DNA of 64,000 bases from Candidatus Magasanikbacteria bacterium RIFOXYB2_FULL_38_10 (GCA_001783145.1 MFQT01000016.1:3796-67795); one strand, 5' to 3'. Positions 19,310-30,879 are shown, counted from the stretch's first letter. Notes: generated from the sequence alone by a model not told the origin. Translations and numbers: made by a program.

Positions 19310-20992
19310 CTATTCCACCACTCTAAAAACTTCTTCAACCGAAGTGATGCCTTGTAAAGCTTTTAGCAAACCGTCTTGAGCCATAGTGATCATACCATTC
19401 TTAATAGCCACCTCTTCCATAGCATAACCGGAAACATCATTTTTTAAAATTAAAGCCTCAATTTCTTTGTTCATTTCTAAAAGTTCATAGATACCAATAC
19501 GTCCTTTATAACCCAAGCCATTACATGCTTCGCAACCAACAGGACCATAAAATTTTAAATTATCTAAAATGATTTGATGCTTGGTTAAAAATTCCGCTGG
19601 TAATTTTTGTAAAGTTTCTCTAGCTTTCTTTAAAGACATTTCCTCAAGAGAAATTTCTTTTTTACAAACATTGCACAAACGACGCACCAAGCGTTGACCC
19701 ATGACCGCATTTAAAGCTGGCGCCAGCAAAAAGGGTTTAACGCCCATAGATAAAAACCTGGGCACAGCTCCAGCGGCATTATTGGTATGGATGGTAGAAA
19801 GCATAAAATGCCCGGTCAAAGCCGCTTGAATAGCCGTTTCCGCTGTTTCTAAATCTCTAATTTCACCTACCATGACAATATCCGGATCTTGACGCAACAA
19901 GGAACGCAAACCTTTGACAAAAGTATATTCACGGCTGGCATCAATTTGGCTTTGATTAACCCCCGGCATTTTATATTCCACAGGATCTTCTAAAGTAATA
20001 ATTTTTACTCCCGGTTTATTTAATTGCTGTAAAATGGCATACAAAGTGGTAGTTTTACCGGATCCAGTGGGGCCGGTTGTAATTACCATACCCGAAGGTC
20101 TTTCTATTTGTTTTTTTAAAGCCCCCAGAAGGGTGTCTTGTAAACCCAACTCTTCAAAACTTAAAGCTGACACTGATTTTAAAATGCGCATTACCACTGA
20201 TTCCCCAAAAACCGTAGGCAAAGTAGAAACACGAACATCAACTTTTGCGTTTTTCAAAACAATGGTATAACGGCCGTCTTGCGGGGTATCAATAATATTA
20301 ATTTTCAATCCCGCCAAAAGTTTGATCCTGGAAATTATCCGTGACCATAATTCTTTAGAAATTAACCCTGCTTCTTGCAAAATTCCGTCCAAACGATAGC
20401 GTACCACCGCACCCTCTTCTTCAGATTCCACGTGAACATCCGAAGCCTCCAATTTTAAAGCAGCCGCCACCAACAGAGTAACCGAGTCTGTCACATTATC
20501 AAGATTGGCCAATTGTTTTTTAAACTCTATTAAAGAATTGATGCTGGAGCCTAAACGTTCCAAATCTTGTTCCGTGATACTAACATCTTTGGTGATTGGT
20601 TTAATAACAGGCAGAGCGGAATAAAATTTAACCGCTTCTTTAAAGCTGTTTTCCGAAATTAAATAAATAACGCCGCGGCTGTGATGCCTTTCTTCCAGAA
20701 CATGCAAAAGTTCTTTGGCTTCTTCTTTTTGTGGATTGATGGCGCCCAACCTAATTTCCGATCCGGTAAACAAAAAACACACGACCTTCTTTTTTTGCGC
20801 TTCAATCTCGGGAATTAAACTAATGGCTTCCGCTGTAATTGGAAAACGAAAAAGATTAATATAAGGCGCGCCCAAAGACCCCGCCAATTTTTCCGCCTCG
20901 GTCTCTTTTTCTTTAATGACAATATCATGCATCTTGCCGGCCAATTTGGCGGCCGATTCATCAGAGGCTAATTTTAAAGACACTTTAGGCAT
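19310..20992 (-). CDS. pilB: type IV pilus / type II secretion assembly ATPase (PilB/GspE family)
   Basis: Walker A GPTGSGKTTT, Asp/His boxes and a C-terminal tetracysteine (CNVCKK...CEAC) typical of PilB/GspE. Confidence 0.85.
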   Translation of the reverse strand: MPKVSLKLASDESAAKLAGKMHDIVIKEKETEAEKLAGSLGAPYINLFRFPITAEAISLIPEIEAQKKKVVCFLFTGSEIRLGAINPQKEEAKELLHVLEERHHSRGVIYLISENSFKEAVKFYSALPVIKPITKDVSITEQDLERLGSSINSLIEFKKQLANLDNVTDSVTLLVAAALKLEASDVHVESEEEGAVVRYRLDGILQEAGLISKELWSRIISRIKLLAGLKINIIDTPQDGRYTIVLKNAKVDVRVSTLPTVFGESVVMRILKSVSALSFEELGLQDTLLGALKKQIERPSGMVITTGPTGSGKTTTLYAILQQLNKPGVKIITLEDPVEYKMPGVNQSQIDASREYTFVKGLRSLLRQDPDIVMVGEIRDLETAETAIQAALTGHFMLSTIHTNNAAGAVPRFLSMGVKPFLLAPALNAVMGQRLVRRLCNVCKKEISLEEMSLKKARETLQKLPAEFLTKHQIILDNLKFYGPVGCEACNGLGYKGRIGIYELLEMNKEIEALILKNDVSGYAMEEVAIKNGMITMAQDGLLKALQGITSVEEVFRVVE

Positions 20993-21001
20993 AAATAAAA
21001 A

Positions 21002-21961
21002 CTAACGACGAAATAATTGATTAGCTAAACGATGTAATTTGGCTGTGGCCGTTCCTTCTTCCATTCGTTTAAAAAGCAAAGTCCAAGCCACGGTATGGAA
21101 GGTCCCTAAAAATCCGGCCAACCATAAAATTAAGAGGATAGAAAATAAGGTTCCTAAGAAAAAAGCCACGTTGGTTAAAACAGGAAAAAGGATTAATAAA
21201 CCAAAAAAAACAAAAAGAAAAGTAGGAATAGCAATAATAAACAAACCAAAAATCGTTAAAATACCAAATAAAAAATTAAGCAAAAAAATCACCACGGCCA
21301 TTTCTAAACTGGTTAACCAATTTTTTATAAAAAGAAACCAAGCCATCTTTAAAGATTTTAACAAAGGATACTTCTTAATAGTGGCATAAGCCCCGGCCAG
21401 AACCATTAAAAGTGAAGCAATGATGGTAATAACTACCCCCAAAATAAAGAGAATGGGATAAATCCAAGGCCAGATATTGGAATTGTAGCCGCTCCAAATA
21501 AGCCACAGAGGAAAAATACTTAATAAAATGGCCAACCCCACAATGATTTTTAAGACTAGCAAAGGCCAAAAAACCAACCAAAAATTTTTATTAGTTTGCT
21601 GCCAAATTTTTCCCAAATCCATTTTTTTACCTTCATATTTATCCGTAGCCAAAATTAAAGTGGCAAAAGAACGAACAATCATCAGAACAAAAAAAACAGC
21701 CAAGCCCAAGCAAAGAAGAAACAACATTATTAACAAAGGAATTTTTGACCAACCACCAACAAAGTGCATTTCTGCTCGCCAAAAAAATGGCAAATGGGGA
21801 GTGAAAATCATTTGAACATTGCGGCTAAAAATTTCTAAAGCGCCGCCAGTGGCGATAAAGGCACTAAAAATACCAAAAACCCACATCATTTTATGATGCC
21901 AGGAAATTTTCCAAGCCTGACTGATAATTTGACGATAAAGAGAAGAATGTTTGGTAGACAT
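21002..21961 (-). CDS. polytopic integral membrane protein, unknown function
   Basis: Eight or more hydrophobic segments. It sits immediately upstream of pilB on the same strand. Confidence 0.4.
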   Translation of the reverse strand: MSTKHSSLYRQIISQAWKISWHHKMMWVFGIFSAFIATGGALEIFSRNVQMIFTPHLPFFWRAEMHFVGGWSKIPLLIMLFLLCLGLAVFFVLMIVRSFATLILATDKYEGKKMDLGKIWQQTNKNFWLVFWPLLVLKIIVGLAILLSIFPLWLIWSGYNSNIWPWIYPILFILGVVITIIASLLMVLAGAYATIKKYPLLKSLKMAWFLFIKNWLTSLEMAVVIFLLNFLFGILTIFGLFIIAIPTFLFVFFGLLILFPVLTNVAFFLGTLFSILLILWLAGFLGTFHTVAWTLLFKRMEEGTATAKLHRLANQLFRR

Positions 21962-22072
21962 AAAGAACTAAGATAAACAAAAAATAATTAAGTTAATTTA
22001 ACTTAATGTTATTATACCAAATTTTAAAATTTGGGTCTAACAAACATGCCTAAGCATCTTTAAATTAAAAAA

Positions 22073-22092
22073 CGCTCCTTAAATAAGAAGCG
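22073..22092. terminator. terminator downstream of ftsH
   Basis: CGCTCCTT / AAGAAGCG stem with one mismatch, flanked by A/T runs on both strands. Confidence 0.45.
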
Positions 22093-22113
22093 CTTTTTAA
22101 TTTAAAATTTTTT

Positions 22114-23934
22114 TTACCCCTTCATTATCTCTTTAAACTCTTCTTGTTCCACCACTTCTTTTTCTAACAGCACTTTAACCAATTTGTCCATCTGTACACG
22201 ATATCGGCCAATTATTTCCCCGGCTTTGTTTTTAGCCTCTTCCAAAATTCTAGAAATCTCCGCGTCAATTAGCTCAGCTGTCTTTTCACTATAACTTTTC
22301 TTCTCATGAATTTCTTGAGCCAAAAAAATCAATTCTTCATTATCAGCAAACATTCTGGGTCCTAATTTGTCACTCATGCCAAAACGCATTACCATAGAAG
22401 TGACTGACTGTGTGACTTTTTTTAAATCACTAGAAGGTCCGGTAGAAAGCTGGTCCTCACCATAAATAATTTTTTCTGCCATAAATCCGCCAAGCATCAT
22501 AGATAAATTATCTTTCATTTTGGACAAAGTTTGATAATGTACATCTTTTTCCGGCATAGATAAAGTATAGCCCCCGGCTAATCCCCGACCGACAATAGAA
22601 ACCTTGCGCACAGGATCACAGCCTGGCAAAAAATTGGCTACCACGGCATGTCCGGCTTCGTGATAAGCAGTCATTGTCTTATCTTTTTCTGTCATCACGC
22701 GAGACTTTTTCTCCGGGCCCAAAATTACTTTTTCTATGCTCTCTAAAATTTCTTCTTCGCCTACTTGTTTTTTACCGCGGCGCACTGCTAAAATAGCCGC
22801 CTCATTTAAAAGATTAGCCAAATCCGCTCCGGAAAAGCCTGGAGTACGCTCGGCAATTTTACGCAAAGAAACATTTTTAGCCAGCGGCTTACCTTTGGCG
22901 TGAACAAACAAAATTTCTTCTCTGTCTTGAATATCCGGCATGTCAATTATTACGCGACGGTCAAAACGACCCGGACGCAACAGGGCTGGATCTAAAACAT
23001 CCGGTCTGTTGGTGGCCGCAATCACGATAACACCCAAATTGGGTTCAAAACCATCCATTTCTACCAAAATTTGATTTAAAGTTTGTTCTCTTTCATCATG
23101 CGAACCACCCAGCCCTGCTCCACGGCGACGTCCCACAGCGTCAATCTCATCAATGAAAACAATGGCTGGGGCTTCTTTCTTGGCGCGCTTGAACAAATCG
23201 CGCACGCGGGAGGCGCCTACACCCACAAACATTTCCACAAATTCCGAACCGGACATGTGCAAGAACGGCACATTGGCTTCTCCGGCCACAGCTTTAGCTA
23301 ACAAAGTTTTGCCGGTACCAGGAGCACCCATCAATAAAACTCCCTTGGGGATCTTAGCACCCATCTCGGCAAATCTTTTAGGAGTGATTAAAAATTCCAC
23401 CACTTCTTGCAGTTCTTCTTTGGCTTCGCGCGCTCCAGCCACATCTTTAAAAGTTTTTTTGTTTTTATCATCTTTGCCGGTTTCTCTGGCAGTGGATTGG
23501 CCAAAACCCATAGCCCGAGAATTAACCCCTTGCACTTGGCGCGTCATAAAATACAACAAAACGCCCAAAAGCAAAAAGGGTAAAACAAAAGGGAGCAAGT
23601 TGCTGATCCAAAAGGCCCAACCGTGATCATTTTTAATGGAGACTTGCACATCTTTTAATTTGGCCTGATCAACATTGTAGTTTTTAACCAAACTGCTTAA
23701 GGTATCACCGGCTTCTTTTTTAGCCTCTTGTACCGTATCATTCTTTAAAGTGGCGCGCAAAACATCGCCCTCCACTTCTATTTTTTTAATGTCTTGAGTT
23801 TGCAACTCGGCGATGATTTTATCCAAGCTAACTTGATCCACTTTGGTTTTGTTGGCGCTAAAACCGCCAAAAACCAAAGATAAAACCACCAACACGCCAA
23901 CAAATAAAAGCAGGTTTTTAACAAATGGTGACAT
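22114..23934 (-). CDS. ftsH: ATP-dependent zinc metalloprotease FtsH
   Basis: N-terminal TM pair, AAA+ module ([27 protein letters not shown]), SRH region and HEAGHAV zinc site. Confidence 0.95.
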   Translation of the reverse strand: MSPFVKNLLLFVGVLVVLSLVFGGFSANKTKVDQVSLDKIIAELQTQDIKKIEVEGDVLRATLKNDTVQEAKKEAGDTLSSLVKNYNVDQAKLKDVQVSIKNDHGWAFWISNLLPFVLPFLLLGVLLYFMTRQVQGVNSRAMGFGQSTARETGKDDKNKKTFKDVAGAREAKEELQEVVEFLITPKRFAEMGAKIPKGVLLMGAPGTGKTLLAKAVAGEANVPFLHMSGSEFVEMFVGVGASRVRDLFKRAKKEAPAIVFIDEIDAVGRRRGAGLGGSHDEREQTLNQILVEMDGFEPNLGVIVIAATNRPDVLDPALLRPGRFDRRVIIDMPDIQDREEILFVHAKGKPLAKNVSLRKIAERTPGFSGADLANLLNEAAILAVRRGKKQVGEEEILESIEKVILGPEKKSRVMTEKDKTMTAYHEAGHAVVANFLPGCDPVRKVSIVGRGLAGGYTLSMPEKDVHYQTLSKMKDNLSMMLGGFMAEKIIYGEDQLSTGPSSDLKKVTQSVTSMVMRFGMSDKLGPRMFADNEELIFLAQEIHEKKSYSEKTAELIDAEISRILEEAKNKAGEIIGRYRVQMDKLVKVLLEKEVVEQEEFKEIMKG

Positions 23935-24000
23935 AGTTTTAATTTTAGATTAACAAATTTTAAACCTCCGGGCGGTCAAAATTAGTTAGTTAAAGAAAGA

Positions 24001-25122
24001 CTAATTTTTTTCTTCTTTCTTTTGATGAGGTTCCTCCTGTCCAAACAATTTTAAACCCAAGCGATGTTTAGCCGGTTCAATAGAGATGATTTCAAAATCC
24101 AACAAATCCCCTTCTTTGGGATTTAATTCTCCCAAGCTGGAAACGTGCGCCAAACCTTGAATATCTTTATCTAATTCCACAAACAAGCCAAAAGGATTAA
24201 CTTTTAAAACCTTACCTTTAACTTGCTGGCCCAAACCGTAGCGTTCTTTAATGCCTTCCCAAGGATCTTGAGTTAATTTTTTCATTGATAAGAAAATTTT
24301 GGCTCCTTCAATTTGAATGATTTCAGCTTTGATTTTTTCACCCACTTTTAAGATGTCTTTAGGATGATCTAATCTTTGCCAAGCGATTTCGGAAATATGA
24401 ATAAGGCCTTCCACTTCATCAAATTTTACAAAAGCGCCGAAGTCGGTTAACGCGGTGATGGTGCCTTCTACAATATCCCCTACTTTATAAGAGCTGAGCA
24501 TGCTGCGTTTTTCTTCTTCCCAAGCCGCCTTTTCGGAAACAATCAATTTATTTTCTTTTTCATTGATGTCTAAAACTTTCACGGAAAACATTTGACCAAT
24601 GTAAGATTTTAATCTTTCCAAAATTCTGTTTTTATCACCGCCGGCTACGCGTGGATAATGTTCCGGATTTAATTGCGAGACAGGCAAAAAGCCGGAAACG
24701 GAATCCAAGCCCACCATTAAACCACCGCGGTTAGCATCTTTAATTTTAACTTGCACGATTTTGCCTTCTTTTAACAAACCGGCCAAAGCTTCCCAAGATT
24801 TGCGGGAACCTGCTTCTTTAAAGGAAAGCTCCATCTCGCCATTTTCATTTTCCAATGACAAAATAGTGGCTTCCACTTCATCGCCAGGTTTTAAATTAAC
24901 AAAATCAGGAGACTCATACAATTCTTCACCGCGCACCACACCGGTTCTAAAACCCGGAAAATTAATGCGCACCAAAGAACGGCTTACGGAAAGCACTTCG
25001 CCCTTAACTAAGTCACTAATTTTAGGCACTTTGGTAAATTGCGCGTCGGCAATAAGTTGCTTAAAATTATTATTTTTCTTGTCCTCCATCACTCCTTTAA
25101 TTTCTTCTTTTAAGGTAGTCAT
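24001..25122 (-). CDS. rpsA: 30S ribosomal protein S1 (four S1 domains)
   Basis: Repeated S1/OB motifs (GxxVxGxVxxIxxFGAFV...). It is shorter than E. coli S1, as is common in small genomes. Confidence 0.75.
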   Translation of the reverse strand: MTTLKEEIKGVMEDKKNNNFKQLIADAQFTKVPKISDLVKGEVLSVSRSLVRINFPGFRTGVVRGEELYESPDFVNLKPGDEVEATILSLENENGEMELSFKEAGSRKSWEALAGLLKEGKIVQVKIKDANRGGLMVGLDSVSGFLPVSQLNPEHYPRVAGGDKNRILERLKSYIGQMFSVKVLDINEKENKLIVSEKAAWEEEKRSMLSSYKVGDIVEGTITALTDFGAFVKFDEVEGLIHISEIAWQRLDHPKDILKVGEKIKAEIIQIEGAKIFLSMKKLTQDPWEGIKERYGLGQQVKGKVLKVNPFGLFVELDKDIQGLAHVSSLGELNPKEGDLLDFEIISIEPAKHRLGLKLFGQEEPHQKKEEKN

Positions 25123-25382
25123 AAAACTATTTTATCCTTCAGTCTGAGGCCTTGGGATAATAAAAAGAGTTTCTCAACTCTTTCTAAAAGAAAGAATTAG
25201 CCGAAAATTATCTTGGCGGGAATTGGTGCTAAGCAAGTAAAATTGCGGCAACCATCTCCTTAGTTTAGCCATTTTTTGATAATTTCAGCCCCCATTTCTC
25301 GGGGTTTAATTAAGTTAAATACAGTATAGCAGTATATACGTAGGCAGTCAAGATTTAGGCAATCCCCCGTAACCTTACCCAC

Positions 25383-25411
25383 TTGCACCCCCAGCCTAAA
25401 TTTAGTATAAT
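25383..25411 (+). promoter_or_regulatory. sigma70-like promoter for MBL-fold gene
   Basis: TTGCAC, 17-nt spacer, TATAAT. Confidence 0.5.
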
Positions 25412-25447
25412 ATATGTACATTTTAATATCTTGAAATCTTAAAAACT

Positions 25448-26080
25448 ATGCATATTTCCTGGCTTGGTAATTCTGCCTTTAAAATAGAAACCAAAACTCC
25501 CCTTAAAGAAGAGGTCTCTATTCTCATCAACCCCTATAATCTACCCAAAGCTGATTTACCGCGCAATTTAAAAAGCGACATTGTGCTTTTAACAAATGGT
25601 GCAGAAAACACTATCACCCTATCGGGCGAACCTTTTGTTATTTCCACTCCGGGCGAATATGAAATTCAAGGCGTAATGATTTATGCCATCCCCCTGCCCA
25701 AAGTAGACAAAGAGGAGCCTCAACTCATTTATCATTTTGAAACAGAACTGATGTCCTTAACTTTTTTGGGCACTTTTAAAGGAAAACTCACCGATGAGCT
25801 TATAGAAAAATTAGGTGTGGTTGATATTGCCTTGCTTCCCATCGGTGGCAAAACTGTTTTGTCAGCCGATGAAGCCAATGATTTAATAGGCCAAATTGAA
25901 CCACGCCTAGTAATTCCTCATTCTTTTAATTCGCCCGGACAAAATTTGCCCTTTGATAACGCAGATAAATTTGCCAAACTCATGGGACAAAAAGATGTTG
26001 AATGGTTACCCAAACTAAAAGTTAACAAAAGAGATTTGCCACAAGAAGAAACTAAATTAGTTCTATTAAGCAAGGGTTAA
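25448..26080 (+). CDS. MBL-fold metal-dependent hydrolase (UPF0173-like)
   Basis: N-terminus MHISWLGNSAFKIE is typical of the UPF0173 / beta-lactamase-fold family. Confidence 0.55.
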   Translation: MHISWLGNSAFKIETKTPLKEEVSILINPYNLPKADLPRNLKSDIVLLTNGAENTITLSGEPFVISTPGEYEIQGVMIYAIPLPKVDKEEPQLIYHFETELMSLTFLGTFKGKLTDELIEKLGVVDIALLPIGGKTVLSADEANDLIGQIEPRLVIPHSFNSPGQNLPFDNADKFAKLMGQKDVEWLPKLKVNKRDLPQEETKLVLLSKG

Positions 26081-26110
26081 TTTTTGCGTCTCGGCGATTA
26101 GCCCTAAAAT

Positions 26111-26548
26111 ATGTTTTATCAATCTATTTCTAAAGAAAAATTAGAAAAAGAAAAAAACAAATCTTTAAAAAAAAATTTGGTCAATTTAAATTCAACAAAT
26201 AATTTTAATCGGCAAAGAAATATTTGGCTATGGGCAGGCACAGGTATAGTAATGTTAGCTATTTTATTTTTTTGGGTCCATACTCTGTCTGGTCAATTAC
26301 AGATATCGGCATTGGGAAAAAGTATGGCCACGGATATTTTTCAAAATAACCAAAACGGATTAGAAAATCTTTTACAAGATTCCACCAGTGATTTAAATAA
26401 TTTAAAAAAAGCGGCGGGTTCAATTTTAACAGAAATGAGAACAGCTTCTTCTACAGTTAAAAATTCCACCACTGCCCCCGCCGCCACTTTACCAACGCTT
26501 ACCTCAGAACAAATTAAAGAATTAAAAAATAAAATAGAAAAAAAATAA
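26111..26548 (+). CDS. hypothetical single-pass membrane protein
   Basis: One TM ([19 protein letters not shown]) followed by a polar, coiled tail. Confidence 0.35.
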   Translation: MFYQSISKEKLEKEKNKSLKKNLVNLNSTNNFNRQRNIWLWAGTGIVMLAILFFWVHTLSGQLQISALGKSMATDIFQNNQNGLENLLQDSTSDLNNLKKAAGSILTEMRTASSTVKNSTTAPAATLPTLTSEQIKELKNKIEKK

Positions 26549-26555
26549 AATAATT

Positions 26556-29048
26556 ATGCCGAGAATCAAAGCCTTCTCAAAACAAGAAAAATTACCGGAT
26601 ATTGATCCTTTAGCAAACATAGGCAAAATTGTTATTCAGCCAATTATAAATGAAGTACAGGAATCATACTTAAATTATGCCATGAGTGTTATTATCGCCC
26701 GCGCCCTACCGGATGTGCGCGACGGTTTAAAACCGGTGCATCGCCGTATTTTGTACGCCATGTGGGAATCTGGATTACGCGCCGGTTCTAAATTCCGTAA
26801 GTCCGCCACCATCGTGGGTAATGTTTTAAGTTTGTATCACCCCCACGGCGACATGGCGGTTTATGATTCCATGGTGCGTATGGCCCAAGATTTTTCCTTG
26901 CGTTATCCTTTGGTGCATGGGCAGGGTAATTTTGGCTCTATGGATGGAGACTCGGCTGCCGCTTATCGTTATACCGAAGCCAAATTAGCCAAAATTGCCG
27001 AAGAATTACTTTTGGATATTGAATCCGAAACAGTGGATTTTTCCGCCAACTACGACGGCACGCACCAAGAACCACAAGTTTTACCGGCTAAACTTCCCAA
27101 CTTGTTATTAAACGGCTCCATGGGTATTGCCGTAGGTATGGCCACCAATATTCCACCCCATAACTTAACCGAATTATGCGATGGCATCATTCATTTAATA
27201 GATCATCCTGATGCCGAAATAGAAGAGTTGACGGAATTTGTCAAAGGCCCGGACTTTCCTACCGGTGGTATTATTTATGATAAAAAAGAAATTGCTCAGG
27301 CCTACGCCACAGGCCGCGGTCGCGTAGTAATGCGCGCCAAAACAGAAATTGTAGAAGACAAAGCCGGTCAATTTAAAATTATTGTCACCGAAATCCCCTA
27401 TCAAGTCAACAAGGCCACCTTAGTAGAAAGAATTGCCGAATTGGTGCACGAAAAAAAATTAGAAGGCATTAAAGATTTGCGCGATGAATCCAACAAAGAA
27501 GGCGTGCGCGTGGTAATAGAACTTAAAAAAGATTCCTACCCCAAAAAGATTTTGAATCAGCTTTTTAATCAAACTCAACTACAAGACACTTTCAATTTTA
27601 ATATGCTGGCTTTGGTGGATGGCATTCAACCGCGCATCTTAAATTTAAAAACAATTTTGGAGGAGTACATCAAGCATCGCAAAAATGTAGTCCGCCGCCG
27701 CACTGAATTTTATTTAAAAAAAGCCGAAGAGCGCGCTCATATTTTGAAGGGTTTAAAAATTGCTTTGGACAATATTGATGCTATCATCAAAACCATTAAA
27801 AGCTCCAAAGACAAAGATGCGGCCCGCATTAATTTGATGGTCAAATTTAAATTAACGGAAATTCAGGCCAATGCCATTTTGGAAATGAAATTACAACAAC
27901 TGGCCAACCTAGAAAGGCAAAAAGTGGAAGATGAATTAAAAGAAAAATTGGCCTTGATAAAAGAATTGCAAGCCATTTTGGCCTCCACTAAAAAAATTCA
28001 AGAAATTGTTAAAAAAGAAATTTTAGAAATCAAAGAAAAATTTGGCGATGAACGCCGCACGCAAATTGTCGCTCACGGGGTAAAAGAATTTTCCAGTGAA
28101 GATTTAATCCCTAATGAAGACACCATTGTCATGATTACGCAAGATGGCTACATTAAACGCTTACCGCCCGATACCTTTAAGACTCAGCATCGCGGTGGCA
28201 AGGGTGTGATTGGTGTCACCACCAAAGAAGAAGACGTGGTGGAACATTTATTCTCCACCACCACCCACGCGGATTTATTATTTTTCACCACCAAAGGCCG
28301 TGTCTTTCAATTAAAAGCCTATGAGGTGCCACAGGGATCCAGAACTGCCAAAGGCCAGGCCATTGTGAACTTTTTACAATTGGCTCCTGACGAAAAGATT
28401 TCCGCTGTGTTATCTTTAACCGATTTGGGAGACTTTAAGTATTTAGTAATGGTAACCAAAGAAGGTGTCACCAAAAAAGTGGACATTAAAGATTTTTCCA
28501 ATGTGCGCCGCTCGGGCCTAATCGCTTTAAAATTAAAAGGTAGCGATACTTTAATGTGGGTCAAACCCTCTACCGGCTCTGATGAAATAATGCTCATCAC
28601 CTCTGGCGGACAATCCATCCGTTTTAAAGAAAAACTAATTCGCGCCATGGGTCGCAATGCTTCCGGCGTCCGCGGTATCAGATTAAAAGGCAGTGATAAA
28701 ATTATCGGCATGGATATAGTTGATCCTAATTTAGCCAAGTCTTTTCAATTATTCATTATTTCCGAAGAGGGTCTGGGGAAACGCACACCTCTCGCCCAAT
28801 ATCGCCTTCAAGGACGTGGCGGCTCAGGTATCAAAACCGCTAAAGTGACCAAAAAAACAGGCAAAATTATTGGCGCTTACGTGGTAAATGCCAAAGATGA
28901 AAGGGACTTGATGATTATGTCTAACAAAGGACAAATTATCAGATTACCATTTGGTACAGTGTCTGTTTCCGGACGCGCTACCCAAGGCGTCAGATTAATG
29001 CGCTTTAAAGAAACTAATGACAAAGTAGCCAGCGTGACTTTAGTATAA
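26556..29048 (+). CDS. gyrA: DNA gyrase subunit A
   Basis: [28 protein letters not shown] with the active-site Tyr region, a GyrA-box-like QGRGGSG and C-terminal beta-pinwheel repeats. Confidence 0.95.
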   Translation: MPRIKAFSKQEKLPDIDPLANIGKIVIQPIINEVQESYLNYAMSVIIARALPDVRDGLKPVHRRILYAMWESGLRAGSKFRKSATIVGNVLSLYHPHGDMAVYDSMVRMAQDFSLRYPLVHGQGNFGSMDGDSAAAYRYTEAKLAKIAEELLLDIESETVDFSANYDGTHQEPQVLPAKLPNLLLNGSMGIAVGMATNIPPHNLTELCDGIIHLIDHPDAEIEELTEFVKGPDFPTGGIIYDKKEIAQAYATGRGRVVMRAKTEIVEDKAGQFKIIVTEIPYQVNKATLVERIAELVHEKKLEGIKDLRDESNKEGVRVVIELKKDSYPKKILNQLFNQTQLQDTFNFNMLALVDGIQPRILNLKTILEEYIKHRKNVVRRRTEFYLKKAEERAHILKGLKIALDNIDAIIKTIKSSKDKDAARINLMVKFKLTEIQANAILEMKLQQLANLERQKVEDELKEKLALIKELQAILASTKKIQEIVKKEILEIKEKFGDERRTQIVAHGVKEFSSEDLIPNEDTIVMITQDGYIKRLPPDTFKTQHRGGKGVIGVTTKEEDVVEHLFSTTTHADLLFFTTKGRVFQLKAYEVPQGSRTAKGQAIVNFLQLAPDEKISAVLSLTDLGDFKYLVMVTKEGVTKKVDIKDFSNVRRSGLIALKLKGSDTLMWVKPSTGSDEIMLITSGGQSIRFKEKLIRAMGRNASGVRGIRLKGSDKIIGMDIVDPNLAKSFQLFIISEEGLGKRTPLAQYRLQGRGGSGIKTAKVTKKTGKIIGAYVVNAKDERDLMIMSNKGQIIRLPFGTVSVSGRATQGVRLMRFKETNDKVASVTLV

Positions 29049-29055
29049 ACCAATT

Positions 29056-29090
29056 TAAAAACGGAGCGTTCTAAAGCCCCGTTTTTAAAT
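29056..29090 (+). terminator. terminator after gyrA
   Basis: AAAAACGG ... CCGTTTTT stem followed by a T-run. Confidence 0.45.
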
Positions 29091-29120
29091 TATGGAAGCT
29101 TAAAAAATTGAATAATCATT

Positions 29121-29486
29121 ATGAATTTGTATTACAAAAAAGTAAAGGACAAGGGACGGGGAGTATTTTCTAAAAACAAAATTACAAAAGGGACAATAAT
29201 AGAAGTATGTCCAGTGATTCCCCTATCTAAAAAAGAATTAAAGTTTATAGAAAAAACTCGTTTGGACAAATACTATTATTGCTGGGGAAAAGGATTTAAA
29301 GAAGGATCTTTGCCTTTAGGTTTTGGCTTGCTTTACAACCATTCTTACCATTCCAACGCCAATTACAAATTTGATCTTAAAAAACAGACTATTACTTATT
29401 TTGCAGTAAAAAATATCCCCGCTAATGAAGAAATAACAGTGAATTACAATAGCAGTCCGGATGACGAAACACCATTTAATCTTTAA
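29121..29486 (+). CDS. SET-domain protein (putative protein lysine methyltransferase)
   Basis: LLYNHSYHSNANY resembles the SET NHSCxPN motif, and EEITVNYN resembles the SET E-L-T-x-D/NY motif. The size (121 aa) is typical of minimal bacterial SET proteins. Confidence 0.55.
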   Translation: MNLYYKKVKDKGRGVFSKNKITKGTIIEVCPVIPLSKKELKFIEKTRLDKYYYCWGKGFKEGSLPLGFGLLYNHSYHSNANYKFDLKKQTITYFAVKNIPANEEITVNYNSSPDDETPFNL

Positions 29487-29533
29487 GGTAATAATTTTAA
29501 AAACCACTTTGGAGATTCCAAGGTATTTTTTAT

Positions 29534-29562
29534 TGCCAAAAAGCTTCAAGTGTCGTATAATA
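29534..29562 (+). promoter_or_regulatory. sigma70-like promoter for xerC/xerD-like gene
   Basis: TTGCCA, 17-nt spacer, TATAAT, 8 nt before the ATG region. Confidence 0.5.
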
Positions 29563-29569
29563 TTAGCAT

Positions 29570-30568
29570 ATGAATATTGCCGATGCCTTGCGACAATTCC
29601 TAGAATACTTGGAAATCGAAAAAAATCGTTCACCTAAAACCGTGCACAACTATGAATTTTATTTGCAACGTTTTATAAACCAAACCGATATAAAAAATCC
29701 GGCCGATATTACCTTAGAAGTGGTACGTCAATTTAGACTTTGGCTACATCGCCAAAAAGAAGCCACTGCCGGCAGAGAAATCAAAACCTCCACTCAAAAC
29801 TATCATTTAATTGCTCTGCGTTCCTTTTTAAAATACCTTTCCAAACGCGACATTAAAACTTTGGCTCCGGAAAAAATAGAATTAGCTAAAATGCCGGAGC
29901 GTCAAATTTCTTTTTTAGAGGGCGGTGATTTGGATAGATTTTTAGAGGCGCCCCTGCAAAAAAAGACAGCGGGGAAAAGCGGAGAACTTATTAAATTGCG
30001 AGATAAAGCTCTTTTAGAAATGCTTTTTAGCACAGGACTCCGCGTCTCCGAATTAGCTAATCTTAAAAAAGACGACATCAACCTAAACAAAGAAGAGTTC
30101 TCCGTTCGCGGCAAGGGTGGAAAGATACGCGTGGTATTTTTAAATAATCAGGCTAAATACTGGCTTAAAAAATATTTGGACAGCCGGCAGGATATGAGTC
30201 CTTTTATTTTTGTGCCGCTGGACAGGGCGGAAAAGGGCAGGGAAAAGCAGGAAGGGAGAGAACGAGCCGGCGGGGTCTTGATTAAACTTGGAAAAAATGA
30301 TAAAATAATGGCCAATGGCTTAACTCCCCGTAGCATTCAAAGGATGATAGAAGGATACGCCCGTGCCGCCGGTATTACCAAAAAAATTACGCCCCATGTC
30401 TTGCGCCACAGTTTTGCCACTGATTTACTGCACAATGGAGCGGATATTAGAAGCGTGCAGGCCATGCTGGGTCACTCTTCCATCACCACCACCCAAATTT
30501 ATACCCACATTACAGATAAAGGCTTAAGAGACGTTTACAAAGCCTTTCATGGCAAAAAAAGAGGATAA
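29570..30568 (+). CDS. tyrosine site-specific recombinase XerC/XerD family
   Basis: N-terminal SAM-like core-binding domain, and a catalytic domain with R...HxxR...Y (LRHSFATDLLHNGADIRSVQAMLGHSSITTTQIYTH). It contains a Lys/Glu-rich insertion. Confidence 0.85.
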   Translation: MNIADALRQFLEYLEIEKNRSPKTVHNYEFYLQRFINQTDIKNPADITLEVVRQFRLWLHRQKEATAGREIKTSTQNYHLIALRSFLKYLSKRDIKTLAPEKIELAKMPERQISFLEGGDLDRFLEAPLQKKTAGKSGELIKLRDKALLEMLFSTGLRVSELANLKKDDINLNKEEFSVRGKGGKIRVVFLNNQAKYWLKKYLDSRQDMSPFIFVPLDRAEKGREKQEGRERAGGVLIKLGKNDKIMANGLTPRSIQRMIEGYARAAGITKKITPHVLRHSFATDLLHNGADIRSVQAMLGHSSITTTQIYTHITDKGLRDVYKAFHGKKRG

Positions 30569-30575
30569 AAATTAT

Positions 30576-30647
30576 GGCTCCGTAGTTCAATGGATAGAAC
30601 GAGGGACTTCTAATCCCTAGATCAAGGTTCGATTCCTTGCGGAGTCA
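30576..30647 (+). tRNA. tRNA-Arg (anticodon TCT)
   Basis: Cloverleaf parsed by eye. Acceptor GGCTCCG/CGGAGTC, D-stem GTTC/GAAC, anticodon stem AGGGA/TCCCT with loop CTTCTAA, T-arm CAAGG-TTCGATT-CCTTG. 72 nt with no encoded CCA. Confidence 0.85.
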
Positions 30648-30860
30648 AGAAAAAAAGCTCATTAATTTATGGGCTTTTTTTGTCTTTTTAAAAAATTTTT
30701 CAAAAAATTAGCAAAACTTACTTGACTTGTGGAAAACTCTGCGATAAAATTTATAGTGGATTGACGAAAAAAAATGAAAAGAGACATTATTGATCGCTAC
30801 CGGAGGAAGCAGATCACAAATTCTAATCCGCAAAACAAACAACTTACCTTTTTGATAACG

Positions 30861-30879
30861 GTCAATTTTTAAAATTGAC
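30861..30879. promoter_or_regulatory. perfect 9-bp palindrome GTCAATTTT-T-AAAATTGAC upstream of PP-loop gene
   Basis: Exact palindrome followed by T6. It could be an operator or a weak terminator. A TTGACT-17-TAAAAT promoter-like element lies at 30722..30750. Confidence 0.35.

Noticed and set aside
25129-25175. AAAGAGTT / AACTCTTT hairpin in the rpsA 5' region as a possible S1 autoregulatory structure.
   Set aside because: It is a single short 8-bp AT-rich stem with no recognisable pseudoknot or S1-operator features. It cannot be distinguished from chance in AT-rich DNA.
29570-30647. Tyrosine recombinase + tRNA-Arg as a prophage or integrative element integrase.
   Set aside because: The recombinase has the XerC/XerD-type N-terminal domain and housekeeping context (gyrA upstream). 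No phage, conjugation or replication genes follow. The downstream cassette may still be an acquired island, but the recombinase itself is most simply the chromosome-dimer resolvase.
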